Positions 38,971 through 51,233 of a stretch of DNA of 64,000 nucleotides are shown one piece after another (the stretch's first letter is position 1; each line of letters opens with the position of its first letter). Below the pieces are notes generated by a model, which saw nothing but the letters and a program-made list of their open reading frames with translations, was not told where the DNA came from and made no database searches. The DNA comes from Schmidtea polychroa (taxonomy: Eukaryota). A program made the position numbers and the translations under genes. The DNA is taken from assembly GCA_044892525.1 (NCBI GenBank), contig CM097885.1:20462001-20526000 (forward strand), read 5' to 3'.

Positions 38971-39497
38971 CCCTTTGACCACTATCGGGACATATATGTC
39001 CCAGTCAAATTTTAAAAATATATAGATGTCTTATTCTCTGTGCTATTACGACCAACGCTTGTTCCACTCGTGTTTATAGTATTTTCGACTAGTTTCGTCT
39101 AAACTCATTAATATACGTTCTGTCGGCTAGCAAATGTAACATTTTATTTCATTGGTTGTCACAGTTTACAGTATGTGCTTTGTGAAATAGTGGTTATAAT
39201 ACATTATTGTTTATTTTGGGAAGTATTTATTATCAAAAGGTAAGCACATTTATTTTTTTGTGTACATGTTTATATTTTTTCTTTAAAACTGCATGCAATA
39301 ATAGTTTTTGCCTTACATTTAGTTAGTGGGACGTATATATCCCGTTAGAAAACACTGTTGGGACATATTTTAAATTTTAAATTTGCAGCATAGGAAAAAT
39401 TTGAAATCAACCTTACACGTTTAAAACAAGCTATATAGCTGATTTCTATCGTTAAGGTTATAGAAATTTCTTTTTTTTTAAATTCGTCGTCAAACGG
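38971..39497. mobile_element. piggyBac-like MITE
   Basis: TTAA|CCCTTTGACCAC...GTCGTCAAACGG|TTAA; internal palindrome GGGACATATATGTCCC with a variant near 39328. Confidence 0.75.
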
Positions 39498-40446
39498 TTA
39501 AAACAAAGTATAATTATAAAAGATTATGCTATCTAAGGATTAAATATGATTTTTATTAGTGTTTCCAATGTTTAGTACTAAGGGAGGCTGTAGTTTTGCT
39601 GTCTGTGATAAATTTAGAAAATATTAGAGTATGAAATATATTTATTATCAAAAAATATAAGATCATTGTTTTTGAGTTAATAATAGTCATTTTCGTGTTT
39701 TCAAATGCAATACTTCCCCAAACCATGATATATGATAATTCTCACAAATTTAAATGAATTTAATTTAATTAAAAGCCTACCTAAATGTAATACGAATAAA
39801 CAAACCGCTCTGTCTCAGAAATCTCAGATCCTTCTCTAAAAGCACATATTAAATTGTGATGTTACTCAATATTTTTTTTCAATTTGTAAGTTATAGAATT
39901 TCATTGTAAACAAAATCAAAATAGAAATTTTAATCAATCTCATTTGAACTGTTGTTTAATTTTGAATTAATTAAATGCCCTATTCAGTCGTGATAAATTA
40001 ATTAAAATTTCATTTAATTTCAATAAACTAAACAATTCAGGTAACAATAAAATAATATTAATAGTCGATTTGATTTTTTTTTATAAATTTTGATATTGAC
40101 TTTTTTTTTTGCAACAAATAAAATTTGTTTTAATGTTTGATTTTGTTTGAACAAATTTGATTTTTAATTTTATTTATCAATCACATTGACAAAAGCACAA
40201 AAGCACATTGACAACAATTGATAAAAATTATATGTAATTAAAAAATCTAAAAAGTGATTATAATTTTAATTTTCTTTATTTGAGGTTTCCATTTATTCTT
40301 AATTTATTATTAATAAAGTTTTATCTGTTTATCTTAAATTCTCAATAGGAAATCAATCAAATATTTTTGTTTTAATGTAGGAATTATCAGATTAACGTGT
40401 GACTATTCGATTAATCACAGTCACTGAAATATTTATTGGTTTCTTG

Positions 40447-40592
<146 letters not shown>

Positions 40593-40594
40593 CA

Positions 40595-40895
40595 CTAGGG
40601 GCGCTGCCTCTGTTCGCTTCGCTTCACCAACACCGTTAGAACGTGGGGTTAATGTTAAAGTTAATATCCAGGGTATTCTTGGACAGGGGTAAGATTCAGT
40701 TTATTAATATGTTTACATAACTATTATAAAAGATAATATCATAGACCGTTTCAAAGTAATATAGAACACTAAGTACAAAAGTAAAAAAAAATTTTAAAAA
40801 AAATTAAATAAAAAAGAATAAAAATAAAAAATTTAAAAAAAAAGTAAGTAAAATTTGGATGGAGGGGACCACTAGCTTTTTTATATATAGAGAGA
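40595..40895 (-). mobile_element. Non-autonomous Helitron
   Basis: Minus strand A|TCTCTCTATATATAAAA...GC-rich subterminal region...CCCCTAG|T: TC...CTAG ends between A and T, with no TSD. Confidence 0.75.
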
Positions 40896-41170
40896 TTATA
40901 ATTTTTGGCTTTTTATTATTATTATTATTATTATTATTTAAAACAACAAAAATGAAAATATTTTCGACTATAAGATAGTCCTTGTCAATCTCCTGGAATT
41001 TAGCAATGTTCTTCCCGAAAATACCTTTCAATCTTTCTTTTATTCCTTTCTCTTAATTCTCATTGGTTCTAAATATTATTCGTTATTTTTTTATTTATTA
41101 AAAATTTTAAAAATTTTATTGCAAATTAAAATTAAAATGAAATAAAATAAATACCATAAAAAATTTCAAA

Positions 41171-41608
41171 ATGACAAAAAATAAAAATTTGTTCACAATG
41201 AAAAACTGTCATACACCGAATGATATGTGCTTTAGAAAAAACATATTCTATTGCGTCACGTGCAATGTATGCAATGAAATCTACATTGGAATTACACTCA
41301 GGACCTTGCACCAAAGAGTTGAAGAACACCTGGATCCTGATGGAACATCCTCGTTGGGCAGAAATCTCCGGCAGTGTCAGCCAACAGAGGAAAGAAAAAT
41401 TATTTCAATCGAAAATTTCATGGAAACTAATGGAAACATCCGAAAGAAAAATGTCAGAATCAAAGAAGCAATTCTCATCATAAGCAGACAGCTAACGATC
41501 TACACTAAAGAAGAAATCAATGAAAATATTTCAAAATATTTTAAAATAAAGCCTCCAATAACGATTTATATACGCTATTTAAATATTTCAATAAATGTGT
41601 CAATTTGA
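41171..41608 (+). CDS. GIY-YIG endonuclease, Penelope-like
   Basis: KNIFYCVTCNVCNEIYIGITLRTLHQRVEEH...IKEAILI...TKEE. Confidence 0.8.
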   Translation: MTKNKNLFTMKNCHTPNDMCFRKNIFYCVTCNVCNEIYIGITLRTLHQRVEEHLDPDGTSSLGRNLRQCQPTEERKIISIENFMETNGNIRKKNVRIKEAILIISRQLTIYTKEEINENISKYFKIKPPITIYIRYLNISINVSI

Positions 41609-42037
41609 TTTTTAAATCCTATCTTTTGAAAGTATATTTCCTAAAATTTTCTATATTATTTTAATTATTACTTTTTAATTTATTTTATTTTTTTATTAAT
41701 TTCTTTATATATTGTCAGTTATTCTCAAGGTCAATGACAACATGTCAAATTCACGATTTCATTGATTTCTTCTTTAGTGTTGATCTTTAGCTGTCTGTTT
41801 ATGATGAGTACGAGGAAGTTTTATGATGAAGAAATTTTTAAATTTTAAATTTTAAAAATTAAATTTTAGATTAATTTAAAAAAAAATAAGAAGATATTTT
41901 AATTAAAAATATCTTCGTAGAAAATTTGTTTAAATAAGAAAGTTTTAAGAAGATATAATTTGATACTGATATTTACTGAAATAAAATTTATGGAAGCAAA
42001 AATTGATTTTAATGTTTTACAGGATGAACATCCTAAT

Positions 42038-43084
42038 ATGGTGGCAGCGGTAAGCACTGATGCAATCACCGAAAGATTGCTACCAAAGGTATTCTGCCAA
42101 GGTGACGACTTGTAAAAGTTCATTAAAAGATGCGAAATTTATTTCGACGCCAAGGGAATCACGCAGAAGAAAGATCAGGAAAGATTAACATCTTGCATGA
42201 TTGATGAGGATCTCCTGGAAGTGTATGCCAAAACACTGAAAAAAGCCGAAGGATTTCAGGCTAGGTTGCGATTGGCATTCGATCGCGAAAGAGATGTTTT
42301 AAAGGATCTACAAAACTTGTTGAATTACAAGCGGAAGGGTGAAGAAATAGAAACGTATTTTAAAAAGGTGGAGGACCTTGTTGATAGGTTGTTTGAAAAT
42401 AAAGAATTTACCAAAGAGAAATTAACAGCAAGGATGTTAATAGTATGTGCGGAGAATAAAGAAGTTGAGAAAGAAGTGATACTACGGAAGATAAAAAGCA
42501 CAGAAGAAATAAAGGAAACACTAATTCTGATGGACAAAGTAGACAAGCAAAGAGATCAGATAAACAGTATGAAAAGTTACGCCAGAGTGGTCTATCAGGA
42601 ACCACAGAGAAGAGTACAATACAAGAAGAAAGAAAAGAGAGAAGAAAGTATCCGAAGAGAAATGCCAGAATGCTGGTTATGCCACAAAATAGGACACACG
42701 AAAATTGATTGTCCAATAAAAGGTAAAATAGAATGCTGGACATGTCATAGAAGCGGACATATAAGTAGAAACTGTCCAGATAAAAAAAAGCTCCAAGATG
42801 TTTTGGGTGTGGGAAAGAAGGTCATATAAGAAGATTGTGTCAGGAAATACGTTGTGAAAGATGTAGCAGAAATGGTCATATATCCGAGGAGTGTTATACA
42901 AAGATGAGGTACGGGAGAGCGATGGAGAGACAAAGATTCACGGGAAACAGATACAGTCGGATAAATGGTATCGAGGAAGAAGAAGAAAGGGAATCGTGTG
43001 TAGAGACAAATGAAGATAATTTTCGGAAGACGTACCCAAACAACAGGGCTCCCCAGTAGAGGAGTTGGTTGGAGCCATATTCTA
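42038..43084 (+). pseudogene. gag: gag of the outer element (CCHC knuckles; stops and frameshifts)
   Basis: CWLCHKIGHTKIDC, CWTCHRSGHISRNC, CERCSRNGHISEEC; in-frame TAA at 42113-42115. Confidence 0.9.
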
Positions 43085-44821
43085 ACAGAAAATTTGATGG
43101 GATATCCTCAAGGGGCAGAAAAGTGGGAGAATGTTGGAATGGTAAGCGAGAAAGTATACAGGTTCCTAAAGAGAGAAATTTTTGAAGAGGAAGTGGAAAG
43201 AATTGGAACCATTGAAACGCAGCAGGTTGTTGAAATTTTGTATACCAAATTGCAAGGAAGGACTAGTATAACAGTAAGGATGAATGGGGAAAATTTCGAC
43301 TGTTTATTAGACACTGGTGCAAGAATCAATGTAATGAGTGTGAACTGTTTTAACAAGCTACGAGGACAACAATTGACGAAAAGTGACGATAAGTTACGAT
43401 GCGCAAACGAGAGTACGATCGAGACAATAGGAAAAACGAAGGTGCAAGTAACCATTGGAAATGTTTCGAAGGAAGTTATATTCATTGTGGCAGAGAAAGT
43501 GACACCAAATGTGATTGGAGGAAGCGAATTACAAGAAACATTTGGATTTAGACTGTTAAAAATTAAAGATATCGAGGCTAGTGAAAAAGACAAGAACTAT
43601 ATTTGTAACATTGAAGCAAAATTTAGCAGAAAAATAAAGGATGAAGAACGATTGATACGAGCGTTGGAACAGTTAAAGATCAATGAAGATAGCAAATTAA
43701 AGGAAATTATAACAAACAGTGGAAACGTGTTTATGGCAGATAAATGGGATGTGGGTCGCACACATTTGGTAAAACACAAGATAGTTACAAGAGATGAGTC
43801 GATAAACATAAAACCATATCGCCAACCACTAAATTTGGAATCAAAGATTGAAGAAGCATTACAAAATTTGTAAGAAAATGGAATTATACGGAAATGTAAC
43901 TCTCCGTGGAATACACCGCTAATATGTGTATGGAAAAAAGAGAAAAAGGATATTAGACTATGCTTGGTAACAGAGAGGCAGGCATTTCCAATGCCAAACA
44001 TAGACGAGATGTTGGATTTGTTAGGAGGATCCGTCTTTTTCAGCTCAATCGATCTAAGTAATGCATATTACCAATTGGAACTAGAAGAAGAATCACAGGA
44101 GAAAATAGCTTTCTCAACGAAGAACGGACAATATTGTTTCAACAGAATGCTGTTTGGAATTGCAGCAGCACCAGGTACGTTCCAAGAAATGATGACAAAA
44201 GTATTAGGCAAATAAAGGGAGCAATGGTGTATTTGGACGACATCTTGATTTATTCAAGCAGTAACGAGAAACACTATACAATACTCGCAGAAGTGTTAAA
44301 GTCGATTGAGGAAGCAGGCCTAAGGATTAATCCAGAAAAATGCCAAATAATAAAGGAAGAAATCAGATTCTTAGGACACATAATCAGCAAAGAAGGAGTA
44401 CAGACAGATCCATCTAAAATTCAGGCCATACAGAACTTTGGGAAGCCTAATTGCATAAAGAAACTCCGAAGTTTTTTAGGTATTTGCAATTATTATAGAA
44501 GATTCATCAGTGATTATGCAAAGAAGGCAAGGAAGTTAAAACAATTATGTAGCGGACCAAGTAACAAAAAATTAGAATGGAGTGAAGGAACGAATAGCGT
44601 GTTTGAGGGATTGAAATTAGCACTCACGACGGCGCCAATCTTATGTTTTCCGGATCTGAAAAAGGAGTTCATTTTAGATACCAACGCTAGTTTCGATACC
44701 ATTGGAGCAGTACTTTCACAAAGAGATAAAGATGGAAAGGAAAGAGTAATTGCGTATGGATCACACTCGATGACGAGCCACGAGAAAGGATATTGCATTA
44801 CAAGAAAGGAACTATTGGCGG
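43035..44821 (+). pseudogene. pol: pol 5' part of the outer element (protease, RT, RNase H start)
   Basis: LLDTGA, YLDD, LRSFLGICNYYR, RKELLA; broken by stops, frameshifts and the nested insertion. Confidence 0.92.
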
Positions 44822-45157
44822 TGTTAGCCGCAACAACGTCGAATTCATTCTCAATCTCCATAATTAATAAATTAAACAAATAAAATTACTAAATTTATTT
44901 TATTCACAAAACTGCGCTTTTTTGTAATATTCAAACAATCTGTTCGAGGCTTTTTTTATTATTTTAATTTTGATACTGATTTCAATGCTGGTTTAATTTA
45001 TTTTAATATTTAATATATTTTAATTTATTTTTATATTTTAAACTTACTTTAATTTATTAATTTAAATATTTATATAAAAATTTATGTAATCTGATATATA
45101 CAATTTAAATGTTTATTAGCAATATCCAGTTTTAACTTAAACGTGAATTCTACCCTT

Positions 45158-46909
45158 TCATCCCCCTTCTTTAAATTCTTTAATCTTTTCAATATTCCTG
45201 ATTAAAGACTTCCCACTTTTATCTCTCAGCATATAGCTGCGATCGTGTATTCGTTTTGTTACCGTGTATGGTCCTTCATATCTATCTTGATCCTTGTTTC
45301 GTATTTCTCGTTTGATTAACACTTTGTCTCCAATATCCAACCTCCTTGCAGTTGTTGTTTCCTCATTTTGTCTTTTACTTTCAATTTTCAATGCGATATC
45401 GTTCCTGTTGATTCTACTATCATTATACCATTTTGATCTATCAATTTTCCTACCAAAAATAATTTCAGCTGGGCTTACTCCCGTTGTTTTTTGAATGGTT
45501 GCGTTGAGTGTATATTCTATATCTGGGATAAGGTCTGCCCAGTCTTTTGTATTTCCGTCTTTCAGCGATGCATTAATAAAATCTCTTATTGTCCGGAATT
45601 GTCTTTCGATTATACCATTCGTATTATGATTATATGGACTCGAATACACTATCTCGAACCCTGCATTTTTGCTTATATTCTTTATGCTATTAGCTTCGAA
45701 TGTTTTCCCGCAATCTACATGTAGTTCTTTGGGTGCCCCAAATTTTAGAATCCAGTTGTTTAACAATATCTTCCCAATTGTCTCTTCATCCTGTTTATTT
45801 ATAGCTGTTAACGAGATGTATTTGCTGTAATGGTCGATTATTGCGCAAATGTATCTTTTCCTGTTAAATGTTTCTTTCATTGGGCCACATATGTCCATAT
45901 ATATTTTCTCGAAGGGTTCGGATGCTTCAAGTACTTTTGGTTTCTCTTTCATCTTTGTAGTTACAACTTTAACTTTTTGACACGATTCGCAATTTGATAT
46001 TGTCGTTTTTACTTCCTTTATTAGATCTCTCATATCAAAATTGTTTTGTATGTATATGATAACTTTGTCAACTCCAGCATGGCACAGTAATAGATGTGTT
46101 TTGTTAATCATTTCTCTTCTTTTGCTCTCTGGTATCCATATTCTTTTATCTTTGGTATAAATAATATTATCCTCTATTATAAACCTTCCACTCTTTTGCG
46201 TTCTTATTTTATTTTTAATCTCCTCTATTTCATCACTATTCATTTGCCATTCCTCTCCTTTGTCTTCAGTCATTATATTTAACATTCTGGTTTTCATTCT
46301 TCCCATTTTAGGATTATCGTGTTCCATAAGACATTGTACACATGTGCCACACGTTTTCCTCGATAACATGTCTGCGTTAGTATGTAGTGTACCCTTTCTA
46401 AATTCCATTTTTATATCAAGGCTACTTAAATAGTTTATCCAGGTCTGGAATTGAGCTGTAATTGGCTTCTTCGTGGTTAGCATAAATGTTATTGCTTTAT
46501 GATCTGTACGTAGTGTAAATCTTTTTCCATATAAATAGTGATTGAAATGACGACAAAAATAATATATAGCCAGGAGTTCCTTTCTTGTAATACAATAGCC
46601 TCTTTCGTGGTCATTCATCGCATGTGAGCCATAAGCGATAACTTGCTCATATCCCATGTCATTCTTTTGTGATAAAACTGCGCCGATTGTATCGAAACTT
46701 GCATCCGTATCCAGTATTAATTCTTTCTTAAAATCAGGAAATACCAAAATCGGTGCGGTTATTAATTCCAACTTCATATTCTCAAAAGCCTGCTCACAAT
46801 TTTCATTCCATATTATTTTGTCGCTATTTTTACCACATATACTTTCTAAAGCTCTTGCCTTCTTTGCGTATTCTTTAATAAATTTTCGATAATAGTTGCA
46901 AATACCCAA
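45158..46909 (-). CDS. pol: pol of the inner element: RT connection, RNase H, integrase
   Basis: LDTDAS, RKELLA, TDHKA, H-x4-H...CESC, MDICGP, VDCG, NGIIER. In frame with 46925..48475 across a single TAA. Confidence 0.92.
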   Translation of the reverse strand: MGICNYYRKFIKEYAKKARALESICGKNSDKIIWNENCEQAFENMKLELITAPILVFPDFKKELILDTDASFDTIGAVLSQKNDMGYEQVIAYGSHAMNDHERGYCITRKELLAIYYFCRHFNHYLYGKRFTLRTDHKAITFMLTTKKPITAQFQTWINYLSSLDIKMEFRKGTLHTNADMLSRKTCGTCVQCLMEHDNPKMGRMKTRMLNIMTEDKGEEWQMNSDEIEEIKNKIRTQKSGRFIIEDNIIYTKDKRIWIPESKRREMINKTHLLLCHAGVDKVIIYIQNNFDMRDLIKEVKTTISNCESCQKVKVVTTKMKEKPKVLEASEPFEKIYMDICGPMKETFNRKRYICAIIDHYSKYISLTAINKQDEETIGKILLNNWILKFGAPKELHVDCGKTFEANSIKNISKNAGFEIVYSSPYNHNTNGIIERQFRTIRDFINASLKDGNTKDWADLIPDIEYTLNATIQKTTGVSPAEIIFGRKIDRSKWYNDSRINRNDIALKIESKRQNEETTTARRLDIGDKVLIKREIRNKDQDRYEGPYTVTKRIHDRSYMLRDKSGKSLIRNIEKIKEFKEGG

Positions 46910-46924
46910 GAAACTCCTTAAATT

Positions 46925-48475
46925 TTACACACATTTCGGTCTTTGAAATGATTGAATAGCTTCAATTTTGCTCTGATCCGTTTGGATGCCGTCTCTATTT
47001 ATAATATGGCCTAAGAATTTCACTTCACTTTTCAGTATTTGACATTTTTCAGGATTAATTCTTAGTTTAGCTTCTGCGATTTTCTGCAATACTCTTTCCA
47101 GCAGTTTATAGTGTTCTTCCATTGTGTTAGTAAAAATTGATATATCGTCCAGATAAACCATTACCCCGTCTTTCCATAAATCCTTTAATATCTTCGTCAT
47201 GAGCTCTTGAAAGTTTCCTGGTGCTGCCGCGATGCCAAACGGCATTCGGTTGAAACAGAATTGTCCCTCTTTCGTTGAAAAAGCTGTTTTCTCCTGTGAA
47301 TCTCTATCCAACTTCACCTGATAGTATGCGTTTCCAAGGTCAATAGAACTAAAATATCTAGTACCATGCAAAGCATCTAAAATCTCGTCAACGTTAGGCA
47401 TCGGGAACGCTTGTCTTTCAGTAATTTTGTTAAGTTGTCTAAAGTCCAAACAGAGTCTGATATCCTTCTTTTCCTTTTTCCAAACGCACACTAAAGGGGT
47501 ATTCCAAGGTGAATTACATTTCCTTATAATATTATTATCCTCCAGATTTTTAATGGCCATGTTTATTTTCTCTTCCAAGTTTATAGGCTGTCTTCTGGGC
47601 TTTATCATTATTGGTCCGCCATTTGTTTCAATTTTATGTTGAATTAAATCAGTGCATCCAACATCCCACTTGTCAGCCATGAAAACACATTTATTTCTCT
47701 TGATAATTTCTACAAGCAATTTATCTTCTTTTACTTTCAACTTCTCTATCGCATGTTGGAATCTTTCTTCATTTGTATTATTCCTCCCAAATTTAGCATC
47801 AATTTCACATATACGTTCGTTAGATATCATTTCACCTTCTTGAATCCATCTTAATTCAATACCGAATTGTTTCTGTAATTCTATACCACCAATAACATCT
47901 GGGACAATATTTTGTACGACGGTAAAGGTCACTATTTTTGTTAGCTTCCCTATCTTTACCTCAATTTGAACTTTTCCTATAGTCTCCAATTTACTGTCAT
48001 TTGCACACCTTAGCATTTCATCTGTTTTTATTATCTCGACTTTGTCCAATTTATCCAGTACTGCTTTAGACATTACATTAACTCGTGCTCCTGTATCTAA
48101 CAGACACTCAATTCCACGCCCCTGAATTTCAAGTGTTATACTTGGTCTACCTTGCATTTTATGATAAGTCATACGAGGTCCTTTCCATTCGTCTTTCGTA
48201 AATATATTTTGTTCCACTTTGTTCTTTATACTATTGGAAATTTCATTAATCCACTCAATCTTATCTTCATTCATATCAAATGACTTTTTTAGGAAACTAT
48301 ATACTTTTTCTCCTGTTCTTTCATCGCTACACATTATTTTGCTGTTTTCATTTCTATGATCTATACTGCTACTTTTATAAACATTAAAATTAGTTTTATC
48401 ATCCATATTATCACATAAATCTTTACTAAAAATATTAAAATTATCTACACTATTCAAATTATTTACATTATTCAA
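46925..48475 (-). CDS. pol: pol of the inner element: protease and reverse transcriptase
   Basis: LLDTGA, RLCLDFRQLN, MPFG, YLDD. The frame stays open upstream into the gag end. Confidence 0.93.
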   Translation of the reverse strand: MNNVNNLNSVDNFNIFSKDLCDNMDDKTNFNVYKSSSIDHRNENSKIMCSDERTGEKVYSFLKKSFDMNEDKIEWINEISNSIKNKVEQNIFTKDEWKGPRMTYHKMQGRPSITLEIQGRGIECLLDTGARVNVMSKAVLDKLDKVEIIKTDEMLRCANDSKLETIGKVQIEVKIGKLTKIVTFTVVQNIVPDVIGGIELQKQFGIELRWIQEGEMISNERICEIDAKFGRNNTNEERFQHAIEKLKVKEDKLLVEIIKRNKCVFMADKWDVGCTDLIQHKIETNGGPIMIKPRRQPINLEEKINMAIKNLEDNNIIRKCNSPWNTPLVCVWKKEKKDIRLCLDFRQLNKITERQAFPMPNVDEILDALHGTRYFSSIDLGNAYYQVKLDRDSQEKTAFSTKEGQFCFNRMPFGIAAAPGNFQELMTKILKDLWKDGVMVYLDDISIFTNTMEEHYKLLERVLQKIAEAKLRINPEKCQILKSEVKFLGHIINRDGIQTDQSKIEAIQSFQRPKCV

Positions 48476-48540
48476 ATTATTTAATTTATAAAAATTATTT
48501 ACATTATTATAACCAGCATTTTCATCAAAATCAAAATTAC

Positions 48541-49638
48541 CTAATAAATGGCTCCTATCATCGCCTCTTGTGATGGAGCTTCCTCGTTTGGGTATTGCAT
48601 TTCGTCGTATTTCTCTTCGGCTTCACTTGAATAATTCAGTTGATAGTTTGCATCTTGATTTCCAATTGCTGCTACCTCTCTTCTGTTATACTGATTGTTC
48701 TGTTGAAATCGGCCCCCTTTATTTCGGTGTGCTGCATTATTTCTTCCGTAATGATTCATTTTCGGCTTAAATCTTTCTAGGTTTGTATAGCATTCAGTTT
48801 CTTTGTGACCTTGTAGGTGACATCTCCTACACTGAATGTTTGGACATTCTCGGCGTACGTGTCCATATAATCCACATCCAAAACACTGAATCCTCCTCTT
48901 CATAGTACATTCTCGGCTTAAATGACCTGGTTTTTGGCATGTCCAGCATACTACGTTCTTAGTCGCTTCCAATGGTTTTGACATTGGCATCGTATTTGTC
49001 TGTGCGGGTCTTTGAACGGCATCTCTGTAGGTTTTGACGGGTTTCATATATGTTATAGGTCGGATGGAGTTAACATGGTTTATAGCTTTATTCACTTTCT
49101 CAACTTTTCTAATTGTGCTTTTAATTTCTTCTGACGTCTTTAGTTCTTGCATTTCTATTTCCTTTTTAACTTTTTTCTCTCGAGCCCCATTCATGAGTAG
49201 GCACTTTTTAATTTCTTCTTCGTTCCACTCATGTCGCAGTAATCTTTTGGTTAATTTCTCTACTTTTTCGATAAAGCGGTCTGCTGAATCGGATCCTTGT
49301 TCATAATTTAGAGCTTCCTTTAAGTCTTCGAATAATGATTTTGGCCTCGAAAATGCTGATCTGAGCTTCTCTTCAAATGTTTTTCCTTCTGCTTTTTCAT
49401 ATTCATCGTATAATGGTTTATCCAACAGTGTGGTAACCAGAATCATCTGCATCTTGACAGATGTTTTCGTAATATTAAAAGAATTTTGGCATTCTTTGAT
49501 GAATTCTTCCAGGTCGTCGTCTCTGTGGAATCTTTCTGGTAGCAACCTGCTAACCAATAGGTTTGTTGGCGTTGTCGCCATGTTAGCCGCAACAACGTCG
49601 AATTCATTCTCAATCTCCATAATTAATAAATTAAACAA
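48541..49638 (-). CDS. gag: gag of the inner element
   Basis: Three CCHC knuckles (CWTCQKPGHLSREC, CFGCGLYGHVRREC, CRRCHLQGHKETEC); likely start ATG at 49581. Confidence 0.92.
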   Translation of the reverse strand: MFNLLIMEIENEFDVVAANMATTPTNLLVSRLLPERFHRDDDLEEFIKECQNSFNITKTSVKMQMILVTTLLDKPLYDEYEKAEGKTFEEKLRSAFSRPKSLFEDLKEALNYEQGSDSADRFIEKVEKLTKRLLRHEWNEEEIKKCLLMNGAREKKVKKEIEMQELKTSEEIKSTIRKVEKVNKAINHVNSIRPITYMKPVKTYRDAVQRPAQTNTMPMSKPLEATKNVVCWTCQKPGHLSRECTMKRRIQCFGCGLYGHVRRECPNIQCRRCHLQGHKETECYTNLERFKPKMNHYGRNNAAHRNKGGRFQQNNQYNRREVAAIGNQDANYQLNYSSEAEEKYDEMQYPNEEAPSQEAMIGAIY

Positions 49639-49924
49639 ATAAAATTACTAAATTTATTTTATTCACAAAACTGCGCTATTTTGTAATATTCAAACAATCT
49701 GTTCGAGGCTTTTTTTATTATTTTAATTTTGATACGAATTTCAATGCTGGTTTAATTTATTTTAATATTTAATATATTTTAGTTTATTTTTATATTTTAA
49801 ACTTACTTTAATTTATTAATTTAAATATTTATATAAAAATTTATGTAATCTGATATATACAATTTAAATGTTTATTAGCAATATCCAGTTTTAACTTAAA
49901 CGTGAATTCTACCCTTTCAGGCGG

Positions 49925-51233
49925 TATATTATTTTTGCATTCATTTTAAGCACTATCTCTACGGAAGAAGATTCACGCTCAGGATAGACCACAAGGCAAT
50001 CACGTTTATGATGACAACCAAGAAGCCGATTACTTCACAATTCCAAACATGGATCAATTATTTGAGCAGTTTAGATATAAGAGTAGAAAAGAGAAAGGGT
50101 ATTAATCACCAAAATTCAGACATGGTGTCGAGAACTAAATGTGACACGTGTGTTCAATGTCAAATGGCCCACGAAGAAGCTAAGAAAGGAAAGATAAAAA
50201 CCAGATTACTAGACTCGATCAGAGAAGAGGGATGAAGCAACATCCAACATGGAATTGTAGAAGAAGTACTAAAGAAAACGATTATACCTGAAAATGAGTT
50301 ACAAGAAACAATAAAGAAAATACATAGACTATTGTGTCATGCTGGATTCGAGAAGATAGCCGATTATATGAAAGATAGATATGTTGGAAAACACCTGTGG
50401 AGTCAGATTCAGTAGATTGTTCGAAGTTGTGAGATTTGTCAAAAAACCAAGGCTTTAACAATAACAACGTAAGAACCAGTAAAAAAACAAGATTCGAAGG
50501 AAATGTTCGAAATTATATTTGTGGATATATGTGGACCGTTGACAGAAACAAAGGACGTAAGAAGTATATATTGTGCATAATAGATCAGTATAGTAAGTAT
50601 CAAGTCTTGACAGCGATAACAAAACAAGACGAAGAAACAATAAAGAAAACGATTTTAGAAAAGTGGATTTTAAGATTTGGATGCCCAAAGGAGATAAGAG
50701 TTGATTGCGGAAAGGCGTTTGAATCAGGAATGATGAGAGAATTCACAAAGATGCTAGATATTAAATTATGTTTTTTGAGTCCATACCATCACCAAACAAA
50801 CGGTCAGATAGAAAGACAATTCAGGACAATACGGGATTTGATAAATGCTACCTAACAGGATAGAAAAAAGACGGATTGGGCAGAGATATTACCAGAAGTC
50901 GAATTCACTTTAAATGCAACCAAACAAAAAATGACAGGGAAAACCCGGCAGAGATAGTTTTTGGAAAAAAGATTAGCAGGGAAAAAATGGTACGGGTCCA
51001 AAGAAATACCGATAAAGGAAGAACTAGAAGAACAAACAAGGAGAAAATTCAATGTAGGAGAAGAAGTATTAGTAAAAGTAGAAACACGCCACAAAGGCCA
51101 GGACAGGTATGAAGGTCCGTACAAAGTGATAGAGAAAGTGCATGACAGACGATACATCTTAAGAAATGAAGATGGAAAAAGGATCGAAAGAAATGTGGAA
51201 AAACTTAAAAATTTCTTAAGAAGGGGGATATGA
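49925..51233 (+). pseudogene. pol: pol 3' part of the outer element (RNase H end, integrase)
   Basis: Continues KELLA|VYYFC across the insertion; VDCG, NGQIER, GPY; frameshifted. Confidence 0.9.

Larger units (their letters stand above)
44822..49919 (-). mobile_element. Ty3/Gypsy LTR retrotransposon (inner, near intact)
   Basis: 339-bp TG...CA LTRs at 44822-45160 and 49581-49919 differing at only a few positions; TSD GGCGG (44817-44821, 49920-49924); PBS TGGCGACAACG; PPT AGAAGGGGGA. Confidence 0.97.
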
